This document shows positions 47,525-60,047 of a stretch of DNA of 64,000 bases, in pieces. The first letter of the stretch is position 1. Each line of letters opens with the position of its first letter. The notes under the pieces are model-generated. The model was not told the DNA's origin. It did no database searches and saw nothing but the letters and a program-made list of their open reading frames with translations. The position numbers and the translations under genes were made by a program. Source of the DNA: Camelus dromedarius (lineage: Eukaryota); assembly GCF_036321535.1 (NCBI RefSeq), contig NC_087472.1:102240001-102304000 (forward strand), read 5' to 3'.

Positions 47525-48281
47525 TTCTAGTTGCCACACTAAAAGCAACTAAAGAGAAATATGTAAAATTAATTTTACTAACACATTTATTTAACCAAAT
47601 ATATCCAAAATATTATCATGTCAACATGAAATGAATAAAAAAAATTATTAATGAAATAGTTTACATTCCATTTTTGCACTAAGTTTTTGAAATCTGGTGT
47701 GTATTTTACATTGATAGCACATCTCAATTTGGACTAGTATTAAAGAAAATAATTATTCAGACACTTGTTAAAGATGGTAAGGCAGATTTTATTCAAGAGG
47801 GACTATTATAATGGGATTTTTGCAGTAGGGGAAAGAGATTGAGCTCAACTCTGAATATAGCAAGGACAAACGGACATTTATAACGAAGAAGCAGAGTGAA
47901 GATCAATGGATGAAAAATTACTAAGAGGAAAACCTTAAGGCTAGGGGGATTCCTGCAAGATGGATGCAACAGGATTCTTGCCAAAGGAGGCCAGAGTAAT
48001 ATGATATTGAGGGTAGGGGATGAGGAATATGATCAGATATCAAGAGTGTGAAAAAAAAAAAGTGGGAGACTTCCACTAAACTGACCTGGCAAGGTTCTTG
48101 CTAAAAGTGGACTAAACGGGCCAAGGACAAAGCCCAAGGCTGACACCTAGTCAGAAAGAGGACTCAGAGGAGCACGACTCAAGTTTGGTCAAAGAGAGAG
48201 AGTCTTTGTCACTCATCACATCTCAGGTACTCAATAACCACACTGGTCAGTGACCACCATATTGGACAGTGCAGCTCTAGA
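47525..48281. mobile_element. MER3/MER33-like hAT element split by an LTR
   Basis: TGGTGTGTATTTTACATTGATAGCACATCTCAATTTGGACTAG | LTR | CACATCTCAGGTACTCAATAACCAC...ATATTGGACAGTGCAG. Confidence 0.7.
47738..48211 (-). mobile_element. ERV1 solo LTR (MER31-like)
   Basis: Minus strand starts TGACAAAGACTCTCTCTCTTTGACCAAACTTGAGTCGTGCTCCTCTGAG, resembling the MER31 consensus start. Confidence 0.75.
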
Positions 48282-48761
48282 CAGAACCAACAATGAGCAG
48301 GAAACACAGAAAACAGTGGAACATGTTAGACATCACCACAGAGAAGCAAGCAGCCCAAACCAGACGGTGGGATTCTCTGACAAGACAATTTGATTTCTTC
48401 AACAACTAAATTGCAAGGGTGGAGAAAGAGATGGAGGGGGAATTTCTACATGAAAAGAGATTTAAGATGCATATAATCCAAGTGCAATCTGTCAGTCTTA
48501 TTTGGATACTGATTCAAACAAACAAACTAAAACAAATATATGGCACTTGGGACACAAATTGAAATTGGAACACTGGCTTGATATTTTGTGATAATAAATA
48601 ATTACTATCTAATTTTTCAGGTATTATGATAGACTTATGGTTATGTTTAAAGAAACAAGAGTCCTTATCTTTCAAAGATATATACTGAAGTATCTAGGAA
48701 AGAAATTGTATGATTTCTTATGAAGTGAAATTTCAGATTCACTACAAAATTATAAGGGGTT

Positions 48762-48850
48762 GGGGGCAGGGGTATTGCTCAGTGGTAGAGTGCATGCTTA
48801 GCATGAGGTCCTGGGTTCAATCCCCAGTATCTCCATTAAAAAATAATAAC
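48762..48850 (+). mobile_element. tRNA-derived SINE (camelid vic-1-like)
   Basis: A box (TTGCTCAGTGG) and B box (GGTTCAATCC) followed by an A-rich tail. Confidence 0.8.
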
Positions 48851-49734
48851 CAAAATTATTTCATTCTGATCTGTAAGCTCTCACCTGGATTCCTGTATTT
48901 AAGTGCTTTTGAATCTTCATATTATACTGACTTGTTAAACAAAATAACAATTTTAGGTCGTGCCTTTCTCTTTGAAAATAGTGAAATATCTGGCAAATGC
49001 TCAGATTTCTTTTTGTTGTTTTAGAATGTGACTGCATGAGAAAGTTCAGCACATCTGGCCAATAATGCCTGCCTTCCTTTTGCACTGAAGGAAATAGAAG
49101 AGTATGTTCATTTTGAAGAGGATGTTTATTACGAATGCAGTGTATTATCTTCCCAAGACTCCACCCCTTCACTGAAATGGGAGCCAGGAACAGGAGTACC
49201 CATTAATAAGCTGGATTTTTTTTTTAAGCTTCAGAACCTCTTGGGGGAATATGTGTTTGCGAACAGTTTCCCTATTACTACACATGCCAACTCATTTACA
49301 GTGAAAGTAACAACACTGGATTAAGACAAATAAAAGACTTTATCACCTCTGTAATTATTTCCATTTAGGAACCAGAGTACTGGTCTTTCATTGGTAGAAA
49401 AAGGCTTTAATGCTCTATGAGGCTTTAATCTGAGGCCTTGTGCAACAGAAAAATTGAAAACATTTTTGAGTTCATGAAACTCATTCTCAATTTTGACCTA
49501 AACCAGCTGTTTCATTTAAGCCAATGGATATTTAAAAAAACAAAACAACAACAAAAAACCTATTCTTTCCTGAGCCAGCTCCCACCTAGCAAAGTTATAA
49601 CAGACTTGTGATCCTTCAGGAAAGCACCATTAGAAAATTTCTACAAGCCTATTTCAGCCCCAGGGATTGTTCTTAACAATTGGCTTAAAGGATATGTATT
49701 TAGCCAAGTGTATGAGTGTTCATCAAACACATAG

Positions 49735-50600
49735 CATGACCCACTAGGATGGCTATAGTCAAAAAGACAGACAATAACAAGTGTTGGTAAGAATGCAGAG
49801 AAACTGGAACCCTAGTACACTACTGGTGGGAACGTCAAATGATGCAGCCAATTTGGGAAGCAGTCTGGCAGCTCCTCAAAAAATTAAACATAGAGTTAGC
49901 ATATGTACCCAACAATTCCACTCCTAGGTATATACCCAAGAGAAATGAACTCACACATCCACATAAAACTTGTACACACATGTTCATAGTATGATTCATT
50001 AGATCCATAAGGTGGAGACAGCCCAAATATTTACCAACTGATGCATGGACAAACAAAATGTGGGGGGGAGGGTATAGCTTAGCATGCACAAGGTCCTGGG
50101 TTCAATCCCCAGTATCTCCTTCAAAAATAAATAAATAACTAAACCTAATTACCTCCCCCCCAAAATAAAAAAATAATAAATTAAAATTAAAATAATTTTT
50201 AAAAGAATCATTTTAAAAAACAAGAACAAACTAAAAAAGTGGTATCGGCACACAGTGTACTGATACAGGCTACAACATGGATGAACCCAGGAAACATGAT
50301 GCTAAATGAAAGATGCCAGACCCAAAAGCCACATACTGTATGATTCTATTCCCAGAAAATGTCTAGAATGGGCAAATCTAGAGAGGCAGGAGTGATAGCC
50401 TAGGGCTGACTGGGGGCAGATGGGAGGGAAATGGGGAGTGAGTGCTAGTGGGTACAGGTTTCTTTTGGGGATAATAAAAATGTTCTAGAATTAGTAGTGA
50501 TGTCTGCACAACTTTGTGAATATACTATAACCCACTGAATTATACCCTTTAAAAGGGTGGATTTTACGGCATGTGAATTATGTCTCAGTTTTTAAAAATG
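49735..50600 (+). mobile_element. L1MB-type 3' end containing a SINE insertion
   Basis: CCCACTAGGATGGCTATAGTCAAAAAGACAGACAATAACAAGTGTTGG... through the 3' UTR GTGAATTATGTCTCAG. Confidence 0.85.
50062..50220 (+). mobile_element. tRNA-derived SINE (vic-1-like, internally deleted)
   Basis: GGGGAGGGTATAGCTTAGCATGCACAAGGTCCTGGGTTCAATCCCCAGTATCTCC...AAACCTAATTACCTCCCCC plus A-rich tail. Confidence 0.8.
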
Positions 50601-51526
50601 TTTTTAAATACATAGCACGTCACTACCACTTCCCTATTACTTCCTTGTAGAAGCAAATGAAGAACTGTGTAGTGGGTAAGATAACAATCTAGTTCCTCTC
50701 CTTTGCCTTAGTCATGCTCGGAACTCAACCCCCAGCCTTTACCAATCCACACTGACTCAAACAGGCAGTACTTCACACTGGGTGGTGCCACTCTTTTGCC
50801 ACTTCATTACATTGTGTAAATGCCATGATCACTTTGGACTATGTCAATCAAAAGCAAACACCAGGAGTCAGGGGTGAAAACAGTGGAATTGAGCCGTCTC
50901 AAATGGTGCCCTTTCTAAATCTTGCCTTTCCCTGCCTGGATTAGAGTCCCCAGCAGAAGTCCCCTGTGGGGGAAAGCAGTTTATAACTCAGTCATGTCTC
51001 ACATGACACAGTGGGTATGTTTCACATATGTTTCTAAAACCGTACAAACCAGATTTTCATAAGGATAAGTGAAATGTGAACAAATTCAGGACAGGCTTAA
51101 AATAAATCTTACTATGAATAATCTTATTAAACTACTTCTACTTCCTTGTTGGGTCATCCTTGATTTTCACATATCTAGTTTACTTAAAGTACAGGAGACA
51201 TATAAAGATGCTGTATTATAGATACATTTATACATGTCTGAATATTTGTTTATATCTATAATTCATTAGAGAAGAGAGCTTCCTGAACCCAGAAAATGGG
51301 TAAGTTCACATCTTAAATAGTGAAGTTAATTTACAACTTTCTTTTTAGCAACTTTCAATACCACACATCCAAAACATACTTAGTAAGACTAATTCTAAGT
51401 GGGTTTTGTGGTTTCCTTTTTAAAAACTTGTTTTTAATTAAGTGAAAATTCTCTCTCAAATTAATTTATGTAAGAATGAGGCAGAGTATAAATATTTAAA
51501 ATAAGAACTAAGCTAAAAAAAAAATA

Positions 51527-52260
51527 CAGTCATATCTTGGAGATATTGTCAGTTCAGTTCCAGACCACCACAATAAAGAAAATATTGCAAAAAAGCAAAA
51601 GCAAGTCACGTAAATTTGTTGGTTTCCCGGTGCACATAAAATTATGTTTATGCTATACTGTAGTTTATTAAATGTGCAATAGCATGTGTCTAAAAAAACA
51701 ATGTAGGGGGCGGGGAGTGGGAAGGGACAGACTGGGATTTCAAAATGTAGACTAGATAAACAAGATTGTACTGTGTAGCACAGGGAAATATATACAGGAT
51801 CTTGTGGTGGCTCACAGCGAAAGAGAATGTGACAATGAATGTATGTATGTTCATGTATAACTGAAAAATTGTGCTCTACACTGGAATTTGACACAACATT
51901 GTAAAATGAGTATAACACAATAAAAAATGTTAAAAAAAAACAATGTACATACTTTAATTTTTAAAAATGTATGGCTAAAAAATGCTAATCATCATCTGAG
52001 TCTTCACTGTGTCATAGAAGTAACATCAAAGACCACTGAACACAGATCACCATAACAAATATAATAATAATGGTGAAAAAGTTTAAAATACTGACAGAAT
52101 TACCAGAATGTGACATGGAGATACGAAGTAAGCAAATGCTGTTGGAAAACGGCACCGATAGACTTGCTCCATGCAGGGTTGCCATAAACCTTCAATTTGT
52201 GAAAAACACAGTACCTGCAAAGCGCCATCAAGCCAAGCGCAATAAAACTAGGTATGCCTG
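51527..52260. mobile_element. Tigger1-derived internally deleted DNA transposon
   Basis: Terminal inverted repeats CAGTCATATCT / AGGTATGCCTG flanked by TA; Tigger1 motif GTTCCAGACCACCACAATAAAG. Confidence 0.85.
51706..51933 (+). mobile_element. Young L1 3' UTR inserted into Tigger1
   Basis: Perfect 14-bp TSD AAAAAAACAATGTA (51692-51705 / 51934-51947); very similar to 36345-36580. Confidence 0.9.
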
Positions 52261-52271
52261 TAATTACCTTA

Positions 52272-52545
52272 CCTAAATTTCCACCAGCAGATGAATGGAT
52301 AAACAAAATGTGGTTATATACATATAGTGGAATAGTATTCAGCCTTAAAAAGGAAGGAAATCCTGACATATGCTACCAAATGGATAGACCTTGAGAGCAT
52401 CCACAAAATAAGTCAGACAGAGAAAGACAAATATTGTATGATCTCACTCGGATGTGGAATCTAAAACCATCAAACTCATAGAAACAGGGAAGCGAATGAT
52501 GATTGCCAGGGGCTGAGGGGAGGGGGAAATGGGGAGATGTTAAAA
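52272..52545 (+). mobile_element. L1MA/MB 3' fragment
   Basis: CCACCAGCAGATGAATGGATAAACAAAATGTGG...GATCTCACTCGGATGTGGAATCTAAAA. Confidence 0.8.
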
Positions 52546-52665
52546 GTATAGCTTAGTGGTAGAGCGTGTGCTTAGCATACACGAGGTCCTGGGTTCAATC
52601 CCCAGTACCTCCATTAACATAAGTTAATAAATAAACCTAATTACCTCCCCCCTTTAAAAAAAAAG
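52546..52665 (+). mobile_element. tRNA-derived SINE (vic-1-like)
   Basis: GTATAGCTTAGTGGTAGAGCGTGTGCTTAGCATACACGAGGTCCTGGGTTCAATCCCCAGTACCTCC...CCTAATTACCTCCCCC. Confidence 0.85.
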
Positions 52666-53389
52666 GCATAAATACCAAAATGCAGGATAACTTTGTAAAT
52701 GCAAACAGTGCATAAGAAGTCATTGTCAATATAGAGCTGACTCTGTATTGCTGGGGCAAGAGAATCTGTAAGTGTGATGGGCAGACAAAAATGAACAGAA
52801 AGAAGAAATAGAATAATAATGTGAAAATTAGATTTTGTCTCTAGATCCCTGTGTTTTGCCTGCTCTGAAACTGTCAAATCATGGCAGGAAGCCACCAGAG
52901 CCTTGAATACTTTTCATAAACAAAGCACAATGATCTCTCTGGTAAACCAACTGAGATTTCCCAGAATAAGCTAAAAATTGTGCTTTCCAGGATGCTAAAG
53001 GTTCAAGCTATACTACTGCCAAGAAGTTTGTAAAACCACTCACAAAGTTAATGGAAATGTTATGCTGGGAATCAAAATGGAATGGTCTGTTGGCCAAATT
53101 CTCTGATCAAATGACGGTGCTATACATCCCCTAATATCAATGGCGTTTGTTATCAACAAACACTCATTATGATGTTTATGTGTGTAGATATTTCTCATTA
53201 CAGCTACAATAAACTTGCTCTGGGTCTATGTAACAAGCATATATGAGTGAGAATTGCTCAGGGTTTTCTTTTGTTTATCTCTGAATACCCATGTTACATG
53301 TTACAAAAGCGATTTTTCATTTCGGTGAAAATTACTGTGAAAGCCAGTGCTGGGGTTGTATCAGCTATGCAAGCAGCAAGGCAAGGCTT

Positions 53390-53885
53390 TGCTAGGTGAG
53401 TCAGATGGGTGGCAAGTGACAGAAAAATAACTGAAAGTGCCTTAAGCCAGAGAGCATTTAATGGCTCACCCAAGTTAATTCAGGAACCCAAGCAATATCA
53501 CCACCAGCTGTTTTGTCTCCATGTCTCCACTCTGACTATGGCTCTGTTAGCTTCATTCTCAAGCTCCACAGAGTGTCTCAAGTTGAAGTCCAGCTTGTCA
53601 CTCTTCCAATAGCCCCAACTAATGTCAACTTGAATCTCATTTTCTAAGTCTAAGTCACATGCCCATCCATGACTCAGTTTCTTTGGCCAAGGGAATGCAA
53701 TGCTTTGATTGGCCACATTTGAGTCACCATCCATCCCTGGAACTGGAGATAAATTCGACTCTCACCAAAGCACAGAGTCTGAGATGCAAGAAGGGCTGAT
53801 CTTCCAAAGGAAAATCAGGGAGTTATACCAGGAAAAGGTTGAATAGATGATTGGGAGGGAGGTGATAATAATGCCAGTTATAGTG
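53390..53885 (-). mobile_element. Old MLT1K/L-type LTR
   Basis: GGCAAGTGACAGAAAAATAACTGAAAGTGCCTTAAGC...AGTCACATGCCCATCC...CCAAAGGAAAATCAGGG. Confidence 0.6.
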
Positions 53886-54487
53886 TGTGAATAAAACGAC
53901 AGTTTTTTTCACGCTCCTTCTTTCACTCAGGACAGCCAAACATCAGCAGTATGCTTCCTGATCCAGTGTGAAAGTAATCTGATTAAAATGCCACCACCCC
54001 TTGCATGTTTTTTCAGTGTCCTCTGAAAAGTAATAAGCAGCATATATAAGATGACTTTTCCATACTGGAGTGTGCTAACTATCTAGAAAAAGATGTTCAT
54101 ATAAGCATGACACGGATAATGCCAGTAAATATCATTTCTGCATATTCTAGCACTTGCTGCTTTCCAAAGTGCAATTCAGTGATGCATTTAATACATTGGA
54201 TAGTCTGAAGTTATCGCTCAAGATCCAAAATATTGTGATTTCTTATGTTTGGCATAAAACATTGGACTTTTTAAAGATCAGACTAAGGTAAAAATGTCTC
54301 AGTGGCTCAATCACCAGGACTTTCACCTTTGATGAGTTTCTTCATTTGATAGAGAGAGAAATCACTGCTGTATTTTGGGACATATTTTAGAATCACATGC
54401 ATTTCCAGTTAAACAAGGCAAATTGATCTCATACAGCTTTCTCGGGTCTCTCTTGAAACTCCACCAGAAGACTGAAAGGAAATTTTT

Positions 54488-54612
54488 TTCTTTTTTGGAG
54501 GGGGGACAATTAGGTTTATACATTTATTTTTAATGGAGGTACTGGGGATTGAACCCATGACCTCATGCATGTTAAGCACACAGTCTACCACTAAGCTATA
54601 TCCTCTCTCCCC
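54488..54612 (-). mobile_element. tRNA-derived SINE (vic-1-like)
   Basis: Reverse complement of the same SINE (GGAGGTACTGGGGATTGAACCC...CTACCACTAAGCTATATCCTCTCCCC). Confidence 0.85.
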
Positions 54613-55226
54613 TGAAAGCAAAATTTTTTAAGGCACAAACTCAAAAGGAAACACACAGCCCTAACGATGACAACAGATAGGATATGACAACAAAATTTTG
54701 AAAGCTGGAAAGTGGATGGCTGGGTGGCACATGACGTAATGAAGGGCAGAAAGCTAAGCACCTGCCAGGTGGGAAACCAATAAAAAGCAAGACTACCCAT
54801 GTCACCAAACCCCCAGAAAAGTCAAGGAACTAGAGGGAGAGGGTCCTCTCAAAGAGAGATGCAGGGTGGAGCCAAAAACAGAGTTGGTGAAAATTCTTTC
54901 AGAGGAACATCAAGGTCCCAGGTCTTCATCCTTTCCCCACACATTCCCAAATATAGAGTGAATATGCATACAAAATTACTTCATTTATTAATGAAGACAC
55001 CTGCAGCATAGCAAAGCAGGTTCAAAGATCATTTGAGAAACTGCAATGTATATACTCAAGCAGGAAAAATATGCTGACATAAGTTGATTTAGCAAAAAAA
55101 CTGTTAATATCCAAGAGGACAATAAAACCAGAACCTTTGGGGTTGTCATTTCTCCTGGACATCTCTATAGAACAAAAATCTACAAGTTAACATGTAAGTT
55201 CACAGAAGATGAACCCTAATTGATAG

Positions 55227-55732
55227 TGTGAATGAAAAACATCACCAGCCATATCAGTAAACAATGGATGCTGCGGCCATCAAGTCATCAGCCACTACCA
55301 CAACCCCTGACAGTGAGTGGAGGGAACTCAGAGTGCAGACAAGCCTGGCCTCTGCTGCGACCCCCAGTGGTGCCCCCTGAGGGGACTCACTATAGGAAAG
55401 AACAGGATATTGGCCCTAGAAAGCAGGTGCAAATCAAAGAATGATTTCAATGAGCCCAGACCTGTGCACCTTCCCACACATAGAAAAGCACTGAATTCCT
55501 TAACTTGAGATACCTGGTTTTCTTTAGTTAACAGTAATATTTTAATGTTCTGACTGTCTGGTTTCTGTTATAAACACTCATATATATCCTGGATTCTAAC
55601 TTGCCTGGGAAGAACAGTCTCTTAGAGCGATCTGAGAGGCTGCCCTCCTCGCCCGGGTTCGAGTCCTCAGAAAGTCCACTGAATAAAACATTACTCTCGA
55701 CTTTTAGGCTGTGCATTTTATTTTAGTTGACA
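55227..55732 (+). mobile_element. ERV1-type solo LTR
   Basis: TG...CA termini, TATA-like TATATAT at ~55581, AATAAA at 55682. Perfect 4-bp TSD ATAG (55223-55226 / 55733-55736). Confidence 0.85.
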
Positions 55733-55765
55733 ATAGAAAGTAGTATGTCAAACAAAGGAACATTC

Positions 55766-55930
55766 GGGGGGAGGGTATAGCTCAAGTAGTAGAACACATG
55801 CTTAGCATGTACGAGGTCCTGGGTTCAATCCCCGGTACCTCCTCTAAAAATAGATAAACCTAATTACCTCCCCCTCCTGCCAAAATAAAAAATAATTAAG
55901 TAATGCAATAATAAATAAATAAAATATTTA
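55766..55930 (+). mobile_element. tRNA-derived SINE (vic-1-like)
   Basis: GGGGGAGGGTATAGCTCAAGTAGTAGAACACATGCTTAGCATGTACGAGGTCCTGGGTTCAATCCCCGGTACCTCC. Confidence 0.85.
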
Positions 55931-55944
55931 AAATATATATATAA

Positions 55945-56103
55945 ACAAGTTTACACTGTATAGCACAGGGAAATATATTCAAGATCTTGCAGTAGTTCAC
56001 AGTGAAAAAGAATATGAAAATGAATATACATATATTTATATATGACTGAAAAACTGTGCTGTACACCAGAAATTGACACACCATTGTAAACTGACTATAA
56101 TTC

Positions 56104-56135
<32 letters not shown>
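55945..56135 (+). mobile_element. Young L1 3' tail with (TAAA)n end
   Basis: CTGTATAGCACAGGGAAATATATTCAAGATCTTG...GACTATAATTCAAATAAATAAATAAAT. Confidence 0.8.
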
Positions 56136-56136
<1 letters not shown>

Positions 56137-56442
56137 TTTTAAAAAGGTACATTCTTCTAGAGAGTGTAATTATCTTTGGGTAGGCCTGTTGGACAAGGCT
56201 GCAATATGACATTAAAAGGACATTCAGTCATCCTTTTGCCTTGTTTATACGTTTTGGATAATTTTTCTTAGTAAGAGAAATAAACATCTCTTGGAAAAGC
56301 CATAATCTGAATACTTACCAGCATTCTCCATGTTACAATAGTAAGAATAATATCATCTCACATGTGATTTTAACCTTTTCAGCCTGCTGTCCTAGCTGTC
56401 TCCCCTTGGGACACTAGTTCTTATAACTAAATGTGTAAAACA

Positions 56443-56650
56443 CGCTACTATATATAAAATAGGTAAACAACAAGGACCTACTGTATAGCACAGGGAGCTA
56501 TATTCAATTTCTTGCAATAACATATGATGGAAAAGAATCTGAAAAGAAAAAAATATATCTGTATGTATATGTATAATTGAATCATTTTGCTATACACCTA
56601 AAACTAACATTGTAAATCAACTATACTTCAATTAAAAAAATTTTTTTAAT
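56443..56650 (+). mobile_element. L1 3' tail (artiodactyl-type)
   Basis: AACAACAAGGACCTACTGTATAGCACAGGGAGCTATATTCAA. TSD TAAATGTGTAAAACA / TAAATATGTAAAACA (56428-56442 / 56651-56665, 14/15 match). Confidence 0.85.
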
Positions 56651-57164
56651 TAAATATGTAAAACATAACCTGGAGTGTTTATTTTTCAGAAAGGCAGATT
56701 CAAGTACATCAGAGATTCTGACCATGTTGTGAGAAAAGATGCCTTAGCACATAAATGTAACAGGTGGCCAGTGACAGAGTAGAGATGGGATTTGCCACTG
56801 CTTGGACAGGGTCAAGGGACTCAAACAAGACAACTGTGGTTCCCATGAGGCTCCCTGGCTCTGCCTACAATAGCTCTCCAGACTATCTTCTCCCCAAATA
56901 ACCTCTAGGTCCTCCAAGCCCCACTGGCCTCCTTCTTGCTTCCTTTTTCTCCTTCCTCAATCCTCTCAGCCTACCCATCTCCCAAATAATTCCATCCTTC
57001 TATAGGGTCAGTCATTTCTCTCTCCTCTCTCTTTTAAAGAAACTGTTCATGAATAAGCCTTATTCCCCACTTCTTTAAGGCTTTTGCTCTTTGATTTACA
57101 AAAATCTTATCTTTTCTCAAAAACCTTGGCTGATGTAAATCAAAAGTGTTGGCTTTTACACTAT

Positions 57165-57660
57165 GTCCAATACAGCTCTCTCAAAAATACCACCAAAATA
57201 AATCGTTAATGAGCAAAACTGAGCTTCTTGGTTATTGAAGTCATGGAAATCACTACCTTGACAGTCTTACAGCATCTCTGAGGATGAAGGGAAAATTAGG
57301 TTATTTACAAGGTGTTTTGGCAGGTCTGGTTTAAGGCTAGTTTTTTGTTGCAGGGACTGGATTGGGATTAAGGATAAGATTTTGGTATGCTATATGTTAG
57401 AGTAGTTTTAGGATTGAAGGACACAATGAGGTATTTCAATCAAGCCTTAGAAAACAAAGAGTTGTTTGATGCTCTTTATTGAGATGTTGATTAGTCCTCA
57501 ACATCCTTTACTGAACAGAACAATAAAGCTATTTACACTTTATCTTCCTAGGCAAGAGTTTCCTGGGATAGTTAAATCATGCTGATGAAAATATTGGAAT
57601 AGTAAAGGTATGTTAATATAGGTAGTAAACTGTAAGGGAATAGATGGTTTCATTCTCAAC
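57165..57660 (-). mobile_element. ERV1-type LTR (subfamily uncertain)
   Basis: LTR-like composition with ACTACCTTGACAGTCTTACAGCATCTC and TTTACACTTTATCTTCCTAGGCAAGAGTTTCC motifs of old MER-class LTRs. Confidence 0.5.
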
Positions 57661-58237
57661 CACAACCTCTGAAATGGGTTTCAGAGCCTATTTTGGTGAT
57701 TAAAAGCTAGACCTTGACTTTCTCTGTGCATTCCTGTTGTAATAATCTTTAAAATCTTCTAGACAATGGATGCCTCCAGCTTAAGGTGGTAAGGTTCAGT
57801 TTTATAATGTACCAACTTGAAAGTACATTGACATATCTCTAGCTTTTATCTTCCTACATAAATATGTTTAAATGTCTTGAATTTTTTAAAACAAATCTCC
57901 GGGTAACCTGGGGACTCATGGGGCATTCAACATTTTCTATGATTTCTAATGTGCTTGGCTTCTCATCTTGCTTAAATACCTGCTCCTGGCAGACAGGAAG
58001 GGTCCTTGTCATCACTGCATTTCAGCAGCTCTGGAAATAGCTGCGGTGCATGGCAGATGTACACTAACTGCTTGGAGAACTGCATTAATAGACAAGAGAG
58101 AGCAAAACGCAAGCAAACAAAACTCCAAACAAAAGCAGCTTTTTGAAATGGAGGCCCAGAGTCACTGTTGCTACTCTCTTTCCTCTGTCCTTTGCAATGT
58201 CTTGTCTCCTCCACTCTACTGCTTTTCTTAAAAGTAT

Positions 58238-59105
58238 TGTTAGCTGATAGTAAGACTCTTAAATTAGGAGGCCCACCAAAGTGTGGGTCCTTGCCTGCTG
58301 GCTGGAAAGATTCACAGCTGAGGCAGAGGGACAGAGCAAAAACTGCTTTTATTTCTCAAAAGAGGAAAAGGAAAGAAAGTGCTTAAGCAGGGAGCTATCA
58401 GCCAAGATGGCCAGTAGAGACAGCTCTGGCCCAGGTACAGCCAAGTGGACTTTAATGGGACGCTTCTGCCATCATGTCCTCTTTACAGGTGTGACGGAGC
58501 CAATCAGTCCTTGTTCAGATTTTTCAGTCCTGGTATGGGCTTTTCCGGTTGTTGTTGTGGCAACCATCAACTGTCATGGCACTGGTGGGTAAGTCACTTA
58601 GCATGCTAATACATTACAGTAAGTGTATAATGTGGTTCAAGGTCCACTGGAAGTCAAATCCTCCACCATCCTGGACTCTGTCGTTTCTAACCAGTTCTTG
58701 TTTCTTCTCTGCAGCTGCCTCCAGAGGCTTAGATAAGAGTAATTGGTTTCTATTTGAGGGAGGGGCAAGGGAATGATCTTGGGGGCAACAGCCTTGTTAA
58801 CAAAAAGGAGGGTTGCTTTTCATCAGACTCTCTGCAATCTGGTGGACCCAGCAATCCCCTCAAAAACCCATCTCCAAAGATTCTGTTCAGCCATGAAAGT
58901 TTTAAAGGGAAATGAAGGATTAATCTCAGTTAATGGTTGAGATAGGTGGTCAGAGTTGTTGCCATCCCCCAGTGCCTGCAGGCTTGTCCTAATCAACTGC
59001 TTGAGCTGCTCTTCCATGACTCAGGGAGGCTTGGGAGACTTCAGCTTTTCTACAAACAAGAGGCAGGGGTTGGGGGTGGTGGCCACAGGGTTCTGCTCCC
59101 TTTCA
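58238..59105 (-). mobile_element. Long (868 bp) ERV1-type solo LTR, possibly composite
   Basis: Minus strand starts TGAAAGGGAGCAGAACCC and ends ...GCTAACA; minus-strand AATAAA at ~58348-58353. Perfect 4-bp TSD GTAT (58234-58237 / 59106-59109). Confidence 0.8.
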
Positions 59106-59510
59106 GTATGGATGACATCAAAACTACTAACTCAGTGGTCACTTCCTATTCCTTATCTTACTTGATCTCCCTACGCATCTAGGATTGAGAAAGAATTATC
59201 AGAAAGGATGAAAGATAATCTAGAAAGCATTGTATCATGGAAGCTTACAAAGGAATCTTAAGGAGGACGTGATGAACATTGTCAAATACTGCAGAGATAT
59301 AGGACCAGAAATATCATCCCGTGCTTTTTGGCAGGTAGAGGGTGGTTTCTTTGGAGAGAGACTGCATTCAGCTCTTCCTCACTGCGTTCCTTCTATTGCA
59401 GTTTCCACAATTTACCCGTGGTTTGGATCAAGTGCAAATACAAGCAGAGGTCTATTTTCAAATCAAGGATGACAGATATTCCTGTTGACTTATTACTAAT
59501 TTCAAGAAGC

Positions 59511-59966
59511 TGTTAACCTAAAACAATATAACAGCCAGTTATTTTACTAGCAATAGGTTTATTCTGGAGCAGCAAAGAATTGCAATTTGGGACATGCAAA
59601 TATGGTGAACCACAAAGAAGCCTGGTAAAGCAAGGAGAGAAAAGGCTTATTGAAGAGAAGGGGAAATTGGGAGGGGCTGCTATAAACAAAAAGTCCATTG
59701 AAGGAAACTGGGAGTTCAAAGTATAGTGGCTTTTCATTGGCTAAGTTATGACAGTCTCTCATTGGCTGAGCTGTTGCCAAGCAAGGAGAAAATCTTTCTT
59801 CCTCCTGCAAGTGGGTAGTAAAGTAGTATGACTTCTTGCTGGAGATAACAAGATACGTCTCTTCCTGTTGGGATCTGTATTGACATTGACTGGTACATGT
59901 GTGAGAGCTCCCTCTTCTGGCCTCTGGACTCCATTTACGTGAGGTTTCCCTTTATTAATGGTTACA
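59511..59966 (-). mobile_element. ERV-type solo LTR
   Basis: TG...CA termini, minus-strand AATAAA near 59558, tandem CCAAT boxes on the minus strand (ATTGG at ~59736, ~59761). Confidence 0.65.
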
Positions 59967-60047
59967 AAATCCATACTAAATGAAACCTTCAAGTTGTATT
60001 TGAGGATGTTCTTGTTTTGTCTTTTTCTCCCACTCTCCAATTTCTAT

